Assembly (NCBI RefSeq): GCF_036588685.1
Contig: NC_086376.1
Location: forward strand, 67,249,630-67,313,629
Reading direction: 5' to 3'
Origin: Mytilus trossulus
Taxonomy: Eukaryota
DNA length: 64,000 nt
Every line of letters starts with the position of its first letter. Position 1 is the stretch's first letter. The translations under genes and the position numbers were made by a program. The notes beneath the pieces were generated by a model. It was given only the letters and a program-made list of their open reading frames with translations. It searched no databases and was not told the DNA's origin. Of the stretch, positions 1-11,693 are shown piece after piece.

Positions 1-509
1 TAAGGTTATATATATAGTTATCAAAGGTACCAGACTTATAATTTAATACGTCAGATGTGCTGATGATATGTATACCATCTTTTCCACTAGTTTATTGTTT
101 TCTGTTTGATTAAATTGATAATTAAGATCCATTTTTTTTACATCTAGTGAGCTGTTTATTTGGCAATTGTAAATGGCAGTCAGGAATTAAGAACATGGCT
201 TGTTCAACCTGCTAGTCAAATGCATTTTGTTAAAATATACTTAATACCCATGCTATAAAGAGCGGTATTTAGAGAGGGAATATGCACGTGTCCATCCATC
301 CCTATGTGCTTCTGAAAAGTATAGCAACTGTGAAGGCTAAATAAACTGCCAGAAAAACAGCTATGGAATGCTATTTGAATGCCTATATGAAAATTAATCA
401 TTGCCTTGAATTTATAAACTGTGAATGCTAATGAACAGCTATCAAGTAAGAACTGTGAATGCTAATAAACTGCTTATGAACTGCTGTCCACTTTGACTTG
501 CCAAGTTGG

Positions 510-825
510 GCTATAGGTCACCATACGGCCTTCAATAACGAGCAAAGCCCATACCGCATAGACAGCTATAAAAGGCCCCAGAATGACAAATTTAAAACAA
601 TTCAAACGAGAAAATTAAGTTAACAGCCTAATCTATTTACAAAAAAATGAAGGGAAAACAAATATGTAACACATCAACTACAACCACTGAATTACAGGCT
701 GCTGACTTGGGACAGGCACATAAAACAATACAGAATGTGGCAGGGTAAATAAAACATGTTCCGGGGATCAAATCCCTCCCTAACCTTGGACAATGGTGTA
801 ACAGTACAACATAAGAAAGAACTAT
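510..825. repeat. High-copy SINE-like interspersed repeat (fragments also near 14480, 16196, 20265, 34148, 34885, 35105, 42343, 44170, 47800, 48767)
   Basis: Recurrent AGAAGATGTGGTATGATTGCCAATGAGACAACTCTCCA / CTATAGGTCACCRTACGGCCTTCAA block in both orientations. No pol III A/B boxes identified. Confidence 0.6.
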
Positions 826-1615
826 AATAAATGCTTTGCTGAGCACAGCCTGATACGACCACAGATGTTGAACCCTGAACAGTTGGTCCAAATTTGGACA
901 CAATATTCAAGTTTGATACTGTCTGAATTTGGATTTCGTTCACATTTTTGGTAAACATTATATAGGTTTCTGACACACATTAAAAAACAAGATCTTACAA
1001 ATATATTGCGCAATACTGTGCAATTAAAGATTTCTTCTTGAAACATTATTGAAAAAAAATTGAACCCCTTAAAAAATTGGAATCCTCAAGAATTTTTGAA
1101 TCCCCCATTATAGCAATTACCCCACACTCAATCCCTGCCTTTCCTTTGAAGTACGAACCTTGTAGTACAATTTCAGAGAGATCCATACACTAAAAACACA
1201 AGTTATTATCTGGAAACTAAATATATGTTTGTTTTAGCCCTTTTTGGCCCCTAATTCCTGCATGAATGGGGCAATAGCCCCAAACTCACTCCCAGCCTTC
1301 CTTTTGTGATATGGAACCTTGGGGGTATAATATCAGATATATTCATACTCTTGCATACAAGTTATTGTCCAGAAACTACAAAAATGCTTGTTTTTGGCAT
1401 CTTAAAACTGTTGGCACCATAATCAACCTTCTACTTATGGTATTAACATTGACTGGAACAATTTCAGAGCAATTGAAATACTTATATACAATTTATTATT
1501 CTGATAGTAAAAAAATGCTTGATTAGGGCCCCTATTTCCTAAACAACCTTCCGTTTGTGGTATTGAACCTTCTGATTAAAGAGATCCATTCATGTAAACT
1601 AAAGTTATTGTCCAG
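826..1615 (+). mobile_element. Degenerate HINE-like repeat
   Basis: Repeated degenerate monomers containing AAGTTATTGTCC and GGCCCCTA. Boundaries are approximate. Confidence 0.4.
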
Positions 1616-2223
1616 AGTGTTTTGTGTATGGGTCTCTAGATTCAATTCAATTCTTTATTTTTAGTCCAGTCAAACTAAGTTTTAACCTCAAACTAATTGC
1701 AACAGAAAATGTTTTAGTTCTAATCTTTAGCATTAAGCCCTAATATACACAGAAAAAAAGTCCCATAAAATCTAACTTGAGGAAAACTCAAACTCAGCAT
1801 TTTTAATTTCCTATGAAAATTAACATTGAAAGGGGAGATAACTCTGCAAAAATGAGTCTTTTTAGGTCAGTTTTTTGTAGATTTTCTTTAAATTTATGTA
1901 TGATACTTTTATATGGTTATAAGTTCGTATTTGACTATATTATATAATTATCTACTCATAAAATGTACAAAACTGAAGGTATTTTTATTTTTTTGGGTGC
2001 ATTTTCATTAAAGAAATTGTAAATTTGTGGCTTTGTGACTATTTTGAAAAATGATTTGAAAGTTTGGTATTGTTTATATCTGTATATTATATTTTTTTCA
2101 GCATCTTACTAGTTTAAAGAAACTTTAAACCACAAAAAGAAGAATATATGCTTAAATATTTTTATTAAATTTGAGATTCTTCACCTTGACATGTTGAAAA
2201 ATTCAATAAATGCTCAACTAATG

Positions 2224-2478
2224 CATACCTGCCAACTGTCACTATTTGCGGGGGGAATTACCCATGGGGCTCCCAAATTGAAATTTTGAAAAAGCAATGT
2301 TGTCCACAATTTTAGACAAAACAATTACTGTACAATGACTTCAGGCTTATAAAAGTATGAAGAAGTAAAAAACAACATAACAATATATTTGAAGGCCCCC
2401 TTGAAGTGTTTTAGGACTATGATAGCCATCTTGCATGCAAAAACCCCATGGGCATTTTGAAATCATTGTAGTAAGCAT
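2224..2478 (+). mobile_element. MITE of the CATACCTGCCAAC family
   Basis: Homologous over about 230 bp to the reverse complement of 48362-48592. The right end resembles 26255-26301. Confidence 0.75.
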
Positions 2479-3095
2479 GAAATGGTTACGGGCAATTTGA
2501 AGTTACGCTTTGACTCTGCTGACTGTTACATAGTGATGACAAACGACGTCGAGAAAATAGGGAATCTGCACAGGTACTTCAGTGTCTCCGACCCCCCCCC
2601 CCCCCCCCCCCCCCAAATATACTTTAAGGTAACACAATAAGGTATATAAGGGGACATAATTCTTAGAAAAATGCATGTGGCAATCCTACCTTATAGTCAG
2701 TTTTAAAGAGCCCTGATACGAAAAATATGAAGAAAAAACATTTAGAAACTTTACGGCACAATCTATATCAAAACAATGTTAGAAAAAAAGTATAAAACAT
2801 GCAGACATAAACCATAAACCAACGACAACCACTGAATAACGTGTTCCACACTGGGGACGAGCCACAGGCACTTGTCTCAGATTTCCCCCCCTATATACCT
2901 TATTAAAATTATGATTTTTTTTCTGATACAAGTTCCCGTGGGACGAGCACATACAGAATATCAACTTGAGAGAGTTCCACACTAGTCTAACATAGTAACT
3001 ACTTAACCTTATTCTAACGATTTTCGTCTTATCTATTGTGTCAGGTCGCCAATTGTGTATTCTAGATCATGTTATTCTAAAATTCGGTAACAGTA

Positions 3096-6000
3096 ATGTT
3101 GTTATTTATTTTAGAGTTGTTTGCTTTATCTTGTTACCAGGCCTATGCAAAAGATGACACGGTTTCAATAGGAACGGTCTTGGAAAAGTTGAGTGAACTC
3201 GAAAATATAATTACCTCTCAGAAGCAGGAGTTACGACAACTTAAAGAAAATGAAAGAAATCTCTTACAAAGGATACAGAATTTGGAGCATAAACATGCCT
3301 TGAAAGAAAAGGACTTAGAAAACCAAAGTGTGTCTGTTACAGGTAATAAATTATATAAGACTGATTCGAGCAGTATAGGAGATTAATATACTCGAAATTT
3401 TTACATTGCTTCTCGATCATTTATAAAATTCATGTTTTGCGTTTAAGATTTTAAAAAGAAACTAAACATCAAATATCAAATATTATGGCATATTGTTATT
3501 CTACGTCACTTTTTCCTTCTTATAATTATTTTTCTTCCACTTTTTCTGTTCGCGCTAGTTGTCGGCTTTATATTGACAATGCTGATGCTGGAAACTTTTC
3601 TATAATGAGGACCTCTATGTGAAGTTAATCCTCTGAGTTTGGAATGGTTCAAGATGACCACCCTTTCTAAGAACTGCTTGAGAGAGTTAAACATCCATTG
3701 GTGGCCTTCGGTTGTTGTCTGCTCTAAGGTCGGGTTGTTGTCTCCTTGACACATTCCCTATTTCAATTTCCAGTTATTTTTCGTCTTTCGATTTTTGCCA
3801 TGGCGTTGTCCGTTTATCGGATTTTTAATGCCCCCATGGTATCTTCTGACTATTTTTATAAGTAAAGGCAGATTCACAATAGGAAAATCCAAGTTCTCTT
3901 TGTAAATTCATCTGAAAGATATATCGTAAATGATATGAGACCGTCATCTTACACGGTCACAAAAGAATATCAGTTATCTATAGTTGATGGTTTAATTTAA
4001 TTGGTTCTGACCATGCAGACACTCCCACCTTACATTAATATGAATAAAGAAGACGTCGATGAGACAGCAACTCCCCAACATAAACATAAAATGAGCCATC
4101 TTAGAGGGCAAATTTCAAAATTGAAATGCTATAAATAATTAGACCAGATATTTATCAAAAGTACCAGGATTATAATTTAGTACGCAAGACGCGCGTTTAG
4201 TCTACAATTAAAAGACTCATCAGTGACGCTCAAATCAATTTTTTTATAAAGCCAAACAAGGACGAAGGTGAAGAGCATTGATGATTCAAAATTCCAAAAA
4301 GTTGGGCCAAATACGGCTAAGGTAATCTATGCCTGGGATAAGAAATCCTTAGTTTTTTGAAAAATTCAAAGTTTTGTTAACATGATCAAAATATTATTGA
4401 TATTCATGTCAACACCGAAATGTTGACTACTAGGCTAGACATCTCCTTCCAAAACAAAAGAAATAAATAAAATTACAAACAAACACAGAGCAAACACCCT
4501 GATAAAGACTCTAACATAAGACTGTCTCCTTCCAAAACAAAAGAAATAAATAAAATTACAAACAAACACATAGCAAACACCCTGATAATACGGGGCGCCG
4601 AATGGGACTCTTGTGGTTTTGTACTCAAAATTCAATTTTGTACGGACAAAAGTGACTTTTGTTCAACAAAAATTAGTTCAGTTTAACAAAATTTGTATCA
4701 TACTACAAATTTGAAATTTTGTCATACAAAATTATCTATCAGCGGACAAAAGTCACTTTTGTCATGACAAAATTCATTTTTGTTACACAAACTTGACTTT
4801 TGTTACCTAATTTGAAAATTGAGCGACAAAAGTCAATTTTGTATTTAAATTAGTTTAGTTTGGTTTCTGTGAACTAATTTGCATACAAAATCGACTTTTG
4901 TTACACAAAATTGACTTTTGTTACACAAAATTGACTTTTGTTACACAAAATTGACTTTTGTTACACAAAATTGACTTTTGTTACACAAAATTGACTGTTG
5001 TGAGACAAAATTGACTTTTGTCTCAACAAAATTGACAAAATTGAATTTTGTCTCAACAAAATTGACAAAATTGAATTTTGTCTCAACAAAATTAACAAAA
5101 TTGAATTTTGTCTCAACAAAATTGAATTTTGTCTCAACAAAATTGAATTTTGTCTCAACAAAATTAACAAAATTGAGTTTTGTCTCAACAAAATTGATTT
5201 TTGTCTCACGAAAGTCAATTTTGTCTCACGAAAGTCAATTTTGTCTCATAAAAGTCAATTTTGTTGTTACAAAATTGAATTTTGTCATCACAAAAATGAA
5301 TTTTGTCGTCACAAAATTGACTTTTGTCTCAACAAAATTGACAAAATTTACTTTTGTCTCAACAAAATTGACAAAATTGACTTTTGTCTCAACAAAATTA
5401 ACAAAATTGACTTTTGTCTCAACAAAATTTACAAAATTGATTTTTGTCTCAACAGATTAACAAAATTGACTTTTGTCTCAACAAAAATGACAAAATTGAA
5501 TTTTGTCTCAACAAAAATGACAAAATTGAATTTTGTCTCACAAAAGTCAATTTTGTCTCACAAAAGTCAATTTTGTCTCACAAAAGTCAATTTTGTCTCA
5601 CAAAAGTCAATTTAGTCTCACAAAAGTTAATTTTGTTTCACAAAAGTCAATTTTGTCTCACAAAATTGAATCTTACCGTACACAATTGACTTTTGTGATT
5701 TAATTTCCATATCAGGTAACAAAAGTCAATTTTGTATGCAAATATGTTTATATTTGCATACCTTTAAGACAAAATTGACTTTTGTCATGACAAATATGAA
5801 TTTTGTCTACAAAAATGAATTTTGTCATGACAAAAATGAATTTTGTCTACACAAATGAATTTTGTCATCACAAAATTGAAGTTCTCACAAAACAAGTCTG
5901 TAGCACATAGTTTTGTAAGACAAAAATGATTTTGTTATGACAGAATTGAATTTTGTACAAAACCACAAGAGTCCAATTCGGCGCCCCGTAGATAAAGACT

Positions 6001-6717
6001 CTAACATGAAACTGGATGCTTAGTTATAGATCTCACAATGTGAACAGTTGGAAAAAATATTTGGCACTGAATTAGACTTGAAATACAGTAATTTCGAAAG
6101 TTTCAAATTTGACAGAATTCGGGATAGAGATACAAAGATTTCAACTATGTTCCCTCTTGGGATGTAGATAATACAGCACATTGTTTGAGGCACGTCATGA
6201 TGTCATCTTTTCAACGTGCTATCAACATTTTCGATTTCTAAGTTTAACTATTATAATGTTCATTTTTGTCATTTCAGTCCAAAAAAGAGCACCATCTGAA
6301 CCCGTTGCTTTTTATGCGTATATGTCATCTGGTGAGCAAAATCCAGGGCAACACCAGACTATGGCCTTCGACCACGTGGTTACTAATATTGCAAGTGCCT
6401 ACAACAAATACACCGGGATATTCACTGTTCCGGTCACAGGACTTTATGTTTTAACGATTACCCTTTCTGGATCACCATCATCACAAATTCCACTTCAGTT
6501 TACTCGAAACAATGAAATCCTAGGAGCCATAGATTTGTTTGCAGCCTCTGGTTCAGTCGATACAAACCCAACTGTTTCCTCTACAATAATTGTCTCATTA
6601 AGCAAAGGAGATTCCTGTTTTATTAGAACTAGTGCATCCTACACAACAGCTGGAACTATCTATAGTACTGACCTCTCACGATCATCATTTGCTGGATGGT
6701 TGGTGTCAGCAACCTAA
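3096..6717 (+). CDS. Secreted C1q-domain-containing protein (signal peptide, coiled coil, globular C1q), about 228 aa if two exons
   Basis: Exon 3096-3342 encodes a hydrophobic signal peptide (MLLFILELFALSCYQAYA) and a heptad-rich coil, ending G|GTAATA (phase 1). Acceptor ATTTCAG ends at 6277. Exon 6278-6717 is phase-compatible and carries gC1q motifs (VAFYAY, FDHVVTNIASAYNKYTGIFTVPVTGLY, LSKGD, SSFAGWLV). AATAAA at 6743-6748. A small middle exon cannot be excluded. Confidence 0.9.
4152..4437 (-). mobile_element. Non-LTR retrozyme-like repeat with a type I hammerhead ribozyme motif (core 4229-4182, GAAA mutated to UAAA)
   Basis: Minus strand reads GCGUCA-CUGAUGA-GUCU(loop)AGAC-UAAA-CGCGCG-UC-UUGCGU. 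Flanks are homologous to 22018-22189 and to 16-60. Confidence 0.75.
4442..4588. repeat. 83-bp tandem duplication whose second copy is interrupted by the foldback element
   Basis: TCTCCTTCCAAAACAAAAGAAATAAATAAAATTACAAAC starts at 4442 and at 4525. The second copy resumes at 5991 (GATAAAGACTCTAACAT). Confidence 0.85.
4589..5990. mobile_element. Foldback-type non-autonomous DNA transposon with internal arrays of palindromic motifs, 5-bp TSD
   Basis: TIRs of about 36 bp (TACGGGGCGCCGAATGGGACTCTTGTGGTTTTGTAC / GTACAAAACCACAAGAGTCCAATTCGGCGCCCCGTA). GATAA is duplicated at 4584-4588 and 5991-5995. The interior is built from ACAAAA-N5-TTTTGT units with 20, 21 and 30 bp periods. Confidence 0.9.
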
Positions 6718-7249
6718 ATTGGTACTGGAATCTTTTGAATGAAATAAAGTTTTTTTTATTACAAAAACTTTTATAACTATAAAAACTCAAACTATTTATA
6801 TTGTTAAAATTAAAAATTAGTCATATAAAAATACTACTGTTGACGTTTGATAGCAGTAAATCGAGGAGTAAACCTGAACTACTGTATACACAATAAATGA
6901 CTAACTGTTATTACATTAAAGCATCGTAAAAAAAGTACATTTCATGTAAAAAAAACAACACATATTTTAACAAGAGCGATATAACAAAATGGTTTTCGGG
7001 TATAGAAGAACATACAAATATGGCTATTCAGACCGTTTGATTTCACCTTCATCCAATTGGTTGGACCCCCTTTTAATCCAATATAGGAGACATAGGTATT
7101 AATATCCTGGGGCGGCGGGGGCGTAAACTATATGTTTAAAGCTACATTTTTTGTATATCTTGTATGCAGATACCTTTTGTTACCAGAGCCATAAAATACC
7201 ATTTTGTATTATATATATGTCTCTGGTGTTACGAAGTTTCCGTCTATCA

Positions 7250-8057
7250 TATGTCAAATGTTCTTGACCTCATTTTCATTGTTCAGCGGCTGCTTGAAAA
7301 AAAAACGAGAAAGTCTCACTTATTATGAGTAATAGGATAATCATATTTAGTATGTGGGTTTCCTTGCAACGTTTACAGTCCGTCAGACAGAGTTCACCTG
7401 ACCTCAACCTCATTTCATTGAGCAAAGACCAAGGTTAAACTTACTTGATTAGGTTCGTTTCTCAAACACTATAAGAGCAGTAGGTCAACTGTAAGTAGAA
7501 TACTGACTGTAATGGGTACATGTCAGTTTGGCAGATTTCGTCAGACCTTGACCTCATTCAAGTTCATTGTTCATTAGTTTTAATGCTAAGTATTTTTTGT
7601 TTTTGTATGTTTTTTTCAGGAAGTTTAAATACAGGTCAACTATATTTGGTGTTTGTAATGATTATAAGGTGAACAGGCAGTTAACATCTGACCTTGATCT
7701 CATTTTCATAATTCATTAGTCAATATCAAGTTACTAGTATGTTTGGTTTGATTTGTTTTGAAGTACTGTAAGCATCAATTCATCTGCAATTGGTGTATTG
7801 AATGAATGTTATGGGTACATGTCAGTGCGGTAGGTATCATCTGACCTTGACATAATTTCAATGGTTCATAGGTCAATGTTATTTTTTGTGTTTTGTTCTG
7901 TTCTTTAAGTACTTTAAGCAACAGGTTAACTTTATTTGGTGAATGGAATGGTTTTAAGGTGGATGTGTCTGTCTGGCAAGAATCATATTTAATACTTTCA
8001 ACATTAACCTCAATTGCCAGTAAAGCAGGCGAGACATTCCAGCGTGTGCACTCATGT
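7250..8057 (-). mobile_element. HINE-like repeat with TGACCTTGACCTCATTTTCA monomers
   Basis: Several degenerate 115-135 bp monomers. The terminus GGCGAGACATTCCAGCGTGTGCACTC is shared with the copy at 49495-49848. Confidence 0.65.
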
Positions 8058-8279
8058 GTAAAAATAACTTGATGAACGAAAAACAAATACAATATACAAC
8101 AACAAATGACAACCTCTGAATTCCAGGCTTCTGACTTGGAACAGGCAATGTTCCTCACCACAATGCGATCTTTCAGAAATGTTATCGCTTTTTTCAAAGG
8201 TTCTGATTAAACTAAACCAAAATAACGTTTTAGAACTATTTTATACAGTAAAACCGAACGATATTTCTAAGAGAAAAGT

Positions 8280-8545
8280 AGTTTATGTTTGTTTTGTTCA
8301 CGCACCATTGTCAATGTAATGGAATTTGATGTGACTGTCATACATGTGAGAGGTTTAGCTAGCTATAAAACCAGGTTCAATCCACCATTTTCTACGTAAG
8401 AAAATGCCTGTACCAAGTCAGGAGTATGACGGTTGTGATCCATTCGTTTAATGTGTTTGGGCTTTTGATTTTGTCATTTGAATAGGGATTTTCCTTTTTG
8501 AATTTTCCTGGGATTTCAATACTTTTTTTAATTTACTTTTTTATG
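8280..8545. repeat. Second SINE-like interspersed repeat; reverse-complement copy at about 35870-36150
   Basis: Shared TGACTGTCATACA..GTGA, TGCCTGTACCAAGTCAGGA and TCCATTC blocks. Confidence 0.6.
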
Positions 8546-8744
8546 CTTTTAAAATTTCAAAAAACATCATGTTTGTTAACATTTTTATTTTTTTGAAATT
8601 TCGAAGAGCGGTCTGCTTTTAGTAGTTTTGAAAAACGGTGTACTTGCAAGTCTGGATTTTCCTCGGATACTGATCAGACTGCAACATTTTGACAGAATGT
8701 TTAATATTACCAATATTTGTCATTAAATTGGTTATTAAATTAAT

Positions 8745-10312
8745 TGGAATCACACATAATGGTGGTTGTAATAAACTATAATTCCTGAAAGAAATCATAT
8801 TTGATTTTGATTGTTGTAGTAAACAATAGTTCCCAAAGAGAATAACTGATGATGGTGGTTTTGATAAAAACAACTTTGATGGTGGTTGTTGATGAACCAT
8901 AATTCCTAAAGGAATTCACATTTGATGGTTATTGTTGTGATGAACTATAATTCCTAAAGGGAATCACCTTTGTTTGTTGTTGTGATAAACCATACTTTCC
9001 ACAGGGAATACATTTCGTTTGTGGTTTTGATCAACCATATTCCTAAAATGGAAATCACATTTGATGTTGGTTGTTGGCAAACCATAATCACTAAAGGAAA
9101 TCACCTTAGATGGTGGTTGTTAATAAACTATAATTCCTGAAGGTCCTTTGATAGTGGTTGTTTATAAACTTTAATTCCTAAGGAAAATCACCTTTAATGG
9201 TGGTTGTTTAAAGCTATAATTCCTAAAGGGAAATACTATTGATGATGGTTGTTGATAAACCATAATTCCTAAAGGAAATCACCTTTGATGGTGATCGTTG
9301 ATAAACTATAATTCCTGAAGGGAATCAACTTTGATGCTGGTTGTTCATAAACTATAATTCCTAAAGGAAATCACCTTTGATGGTGGTTGTTTATGAACTA
9401 TAATTCGTAAATGGAATGACTTTTGATGGTGATTGTTTATGAACTATAATCACTAAAGGGAATAACCTTTGATGGTGGTTGTTTATGAACTATAGTTTAT
9501 CAAGGGAATCGCCTTTGATGATGGTTGTTTATGAACTATAATCACTAAAGGGAATAACCTTTGATGGTGGTTGTTTATGAACTATAATCACTAAAGGGAA
9601 TCACCTTTGATGGTGGTTGTTTATGAACTATAGTTTATCAAGGGAATCGCCTTTGATGATGGTTGTTTATGAACTATAATCACTAAAGGGAATAACCTTT
9701 GATGGTGGTTGTTTATGAACTATAATCACTAAAGGGAATCACCTTTGATGGTGGTTGTTTATGAACTATAGTTTATCAAGGGAATCGCCTTTGATGATGG
9801 TTGTTTATGAACTATAATCACTAAAGGGAATACCCTTTGATGGTGGTTGTTTATGAACTATAATCACTAAAGGGAATCACCTTTGATGGTGGTTGTTTAT
9901 GAACTATAGTTTATCAAGGGAATCGCCTTTGATGATGGTTGTTTATGAACTATAATCACTAAAGGGAATAACCTTTGATGGTGGTTGTTTATGAACTATA
10001 GTTTATCAAGGGAATCGCCTTTGATGATGGTTGTTTATGAACTATAATCACTAAAGGGAATAACCTTTGATGGTGGTTGTTTATGAACTATAATCACTAA
10101 AGGGAATCACCGTTGATGGTGGTTGTTTATGAACTATAGTTCATCAAGGGAATCACCTTTGATGGTGGTTGTTTATGTACCATAATTTCTAATGGGAATC
10201 ACCTTTGATAGTGATTGTTTATGAACTATAATTCCTAATGGGAATCACCTTTGGTGATGGTTGTTTATAAACTATAATTCCTCAAAGGAATCACCTTTGA
10301 TGGTGGTTGTTT
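8745..10312. repeat. 46-bp minisatellite array of roughly 34 copies, with a 138-bp higher-order repeat in its centre
   Basis: Unit TTGATGGTGGTTGTTTATGAACTATAATCACTAAAGGGAATCACCT (starts 9561, 9607). Three variants alternate between about 9430 and 10130; the edges are degenerate. Confidence 0.95.
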
Positions 10313-10386
10313 AACAGTGAATGTGTCCATTGGACACATATGATGCCCCCTCCTGCATATCATATAGTTATAGAGGGACAAAACTG

Positions 10387-11170
10387 AACAAAGGGCTGCG
10401 CTTTAGTGCATGATACGCCCGTTGCTCTTTTAACTTGTCTTTTATGCTTTAAATGAATCTATATGATCAACTAGAAATAGGGTGAGCCCTGTCAAATACC
10501 CCCCCCCCCAAATAATAAATAAATATGCACAAAAAAATTGGCACTATTAAGGTCAATAGATATAAACAATTTATCAAAGTTGCATAAAATTTTGTGAAAG
10601 TGTTAGTTATTGTCCAAAAATTGGAAAATCCCCCCTTTTTTAAGCATAAAAATTCATAACACGGAAATGTAAAATCTGAAATTTGTAAAAGTTGAAAGGG
10701 AGCTTACATCAATAGATATAAACAATTCACCAAAGTTTCATGGACATTGGTGAAAGCCTTTTTGAGTTATTGTCCGAAGTGTTAAAAATCCCCCTTTTTT
10801 ATGAATAAAGCCCCATAAATCCAAAACTTAAAATCTGAAATTTATAAAAATTGAAAGGGAGCTTACATCAATAGATATAAACAATTCACCAAACTTTCAT
10901 GGACATTGGTGAAAGCCTTTTTGAGTTATTGTCTGAAGAGTTGAAAATCCCCCCTTTTTTATGAATAAAGCCCCATAAATCCAAAACTTAAAATCTGAAA
11001 TTTAAAAAAAATCGAAAGGGATCTTACGTCAATAGATATAAAAAGTTCACTTAAGTTTCATGGATATTGGTGAAAGCGTTTTTGAGTTATTGTCCGAAGT
11101 GTGGACAACAGAAGGACGGACAACGGTATACCATAATACGCCCCGTCAAAAAGACGATGGGCGTATAAAA
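10387..11170 (+). mobile_element. Helentron-associated (HINE/DINE/pearl-like) non-autonomous element with an internal ~160-bp tandem array, nested in another such element
   Basis: Starts AACAAAG, with subterminal ATACGCCCG (10413). About 3.5 copies of a ~160-bp monomer (CAATAGATATAAACAATTCACC near 10710 and 10869, variant near 11030). A (GGAC)n remnant and a 3' hairpin TACGCCCCGTC-AAAAA-GACGATGGGCGTA are followed by an A run. Confidence 0.75.
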
Positions 11171-11693
11171 ACGGTAAAGTGACGCTACCCAAATTTGTTC
11201 TTTATCTGAGTTTAGTGTCAATAAGTATTGTGTATATGTTTCATAACATTTGGTTGAGGAAAACTAACGTTAGAGTATGGATTCGAAAAACTCCACAGAT
11301 AAAAAGGAAAATAAATTGTAATTTCAGGATTACGAAAACCAGCTATATATATTAATTTTTGCAACTTTCAAGAAACATGGTGATAAATGAGCTTCAAGCA
11401 CAACAAAAACAAAAATGTTGCACGATAATTTTACCATCTTTGTTGAAAACAAATTAGACTTACCCATCAGAATGACCAGTATGTGGCCAGTGGGTTTAAT
11501 GCGTTGTCAGGCAATCAGGTTATTGATATCCAAACTGGACATATCCAAACTGGACAAACATTAAAGAAACAAGAAAATTCCAAACTGTTTGTGGATGTCT
11601 CTTACTTTAAACTTGAAGGTCTTTTACATTTGAATGAATCCCCTTCATCTGTGAGATGAAAAATCACAAATTCTCTTATGGTTGGGGCCTGTT

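Noticed and set aside
2593-2614. Long poly-C tract (also about 25583-25599) as a G-quadruplex element
   Set aside because: Homopolymers like this are common in these repeats, their length is unreliable in assemblies, and nothing supports a function.
4961-5689. Repetitive ORFs on both strands (STKLTKLNFV, LLRQNSI, etc.)
   Set aside because: They are by-products of 21- and 30-bp repeat units inside the foldback element, with no splice context and non-ATG starts.
8745-10312. CRISPR-like appearance of the regular array
   Set aside because: There are no unique spacers and no cas genes, and the context is eukaryotic. It is a head-to-tail minisatellite.
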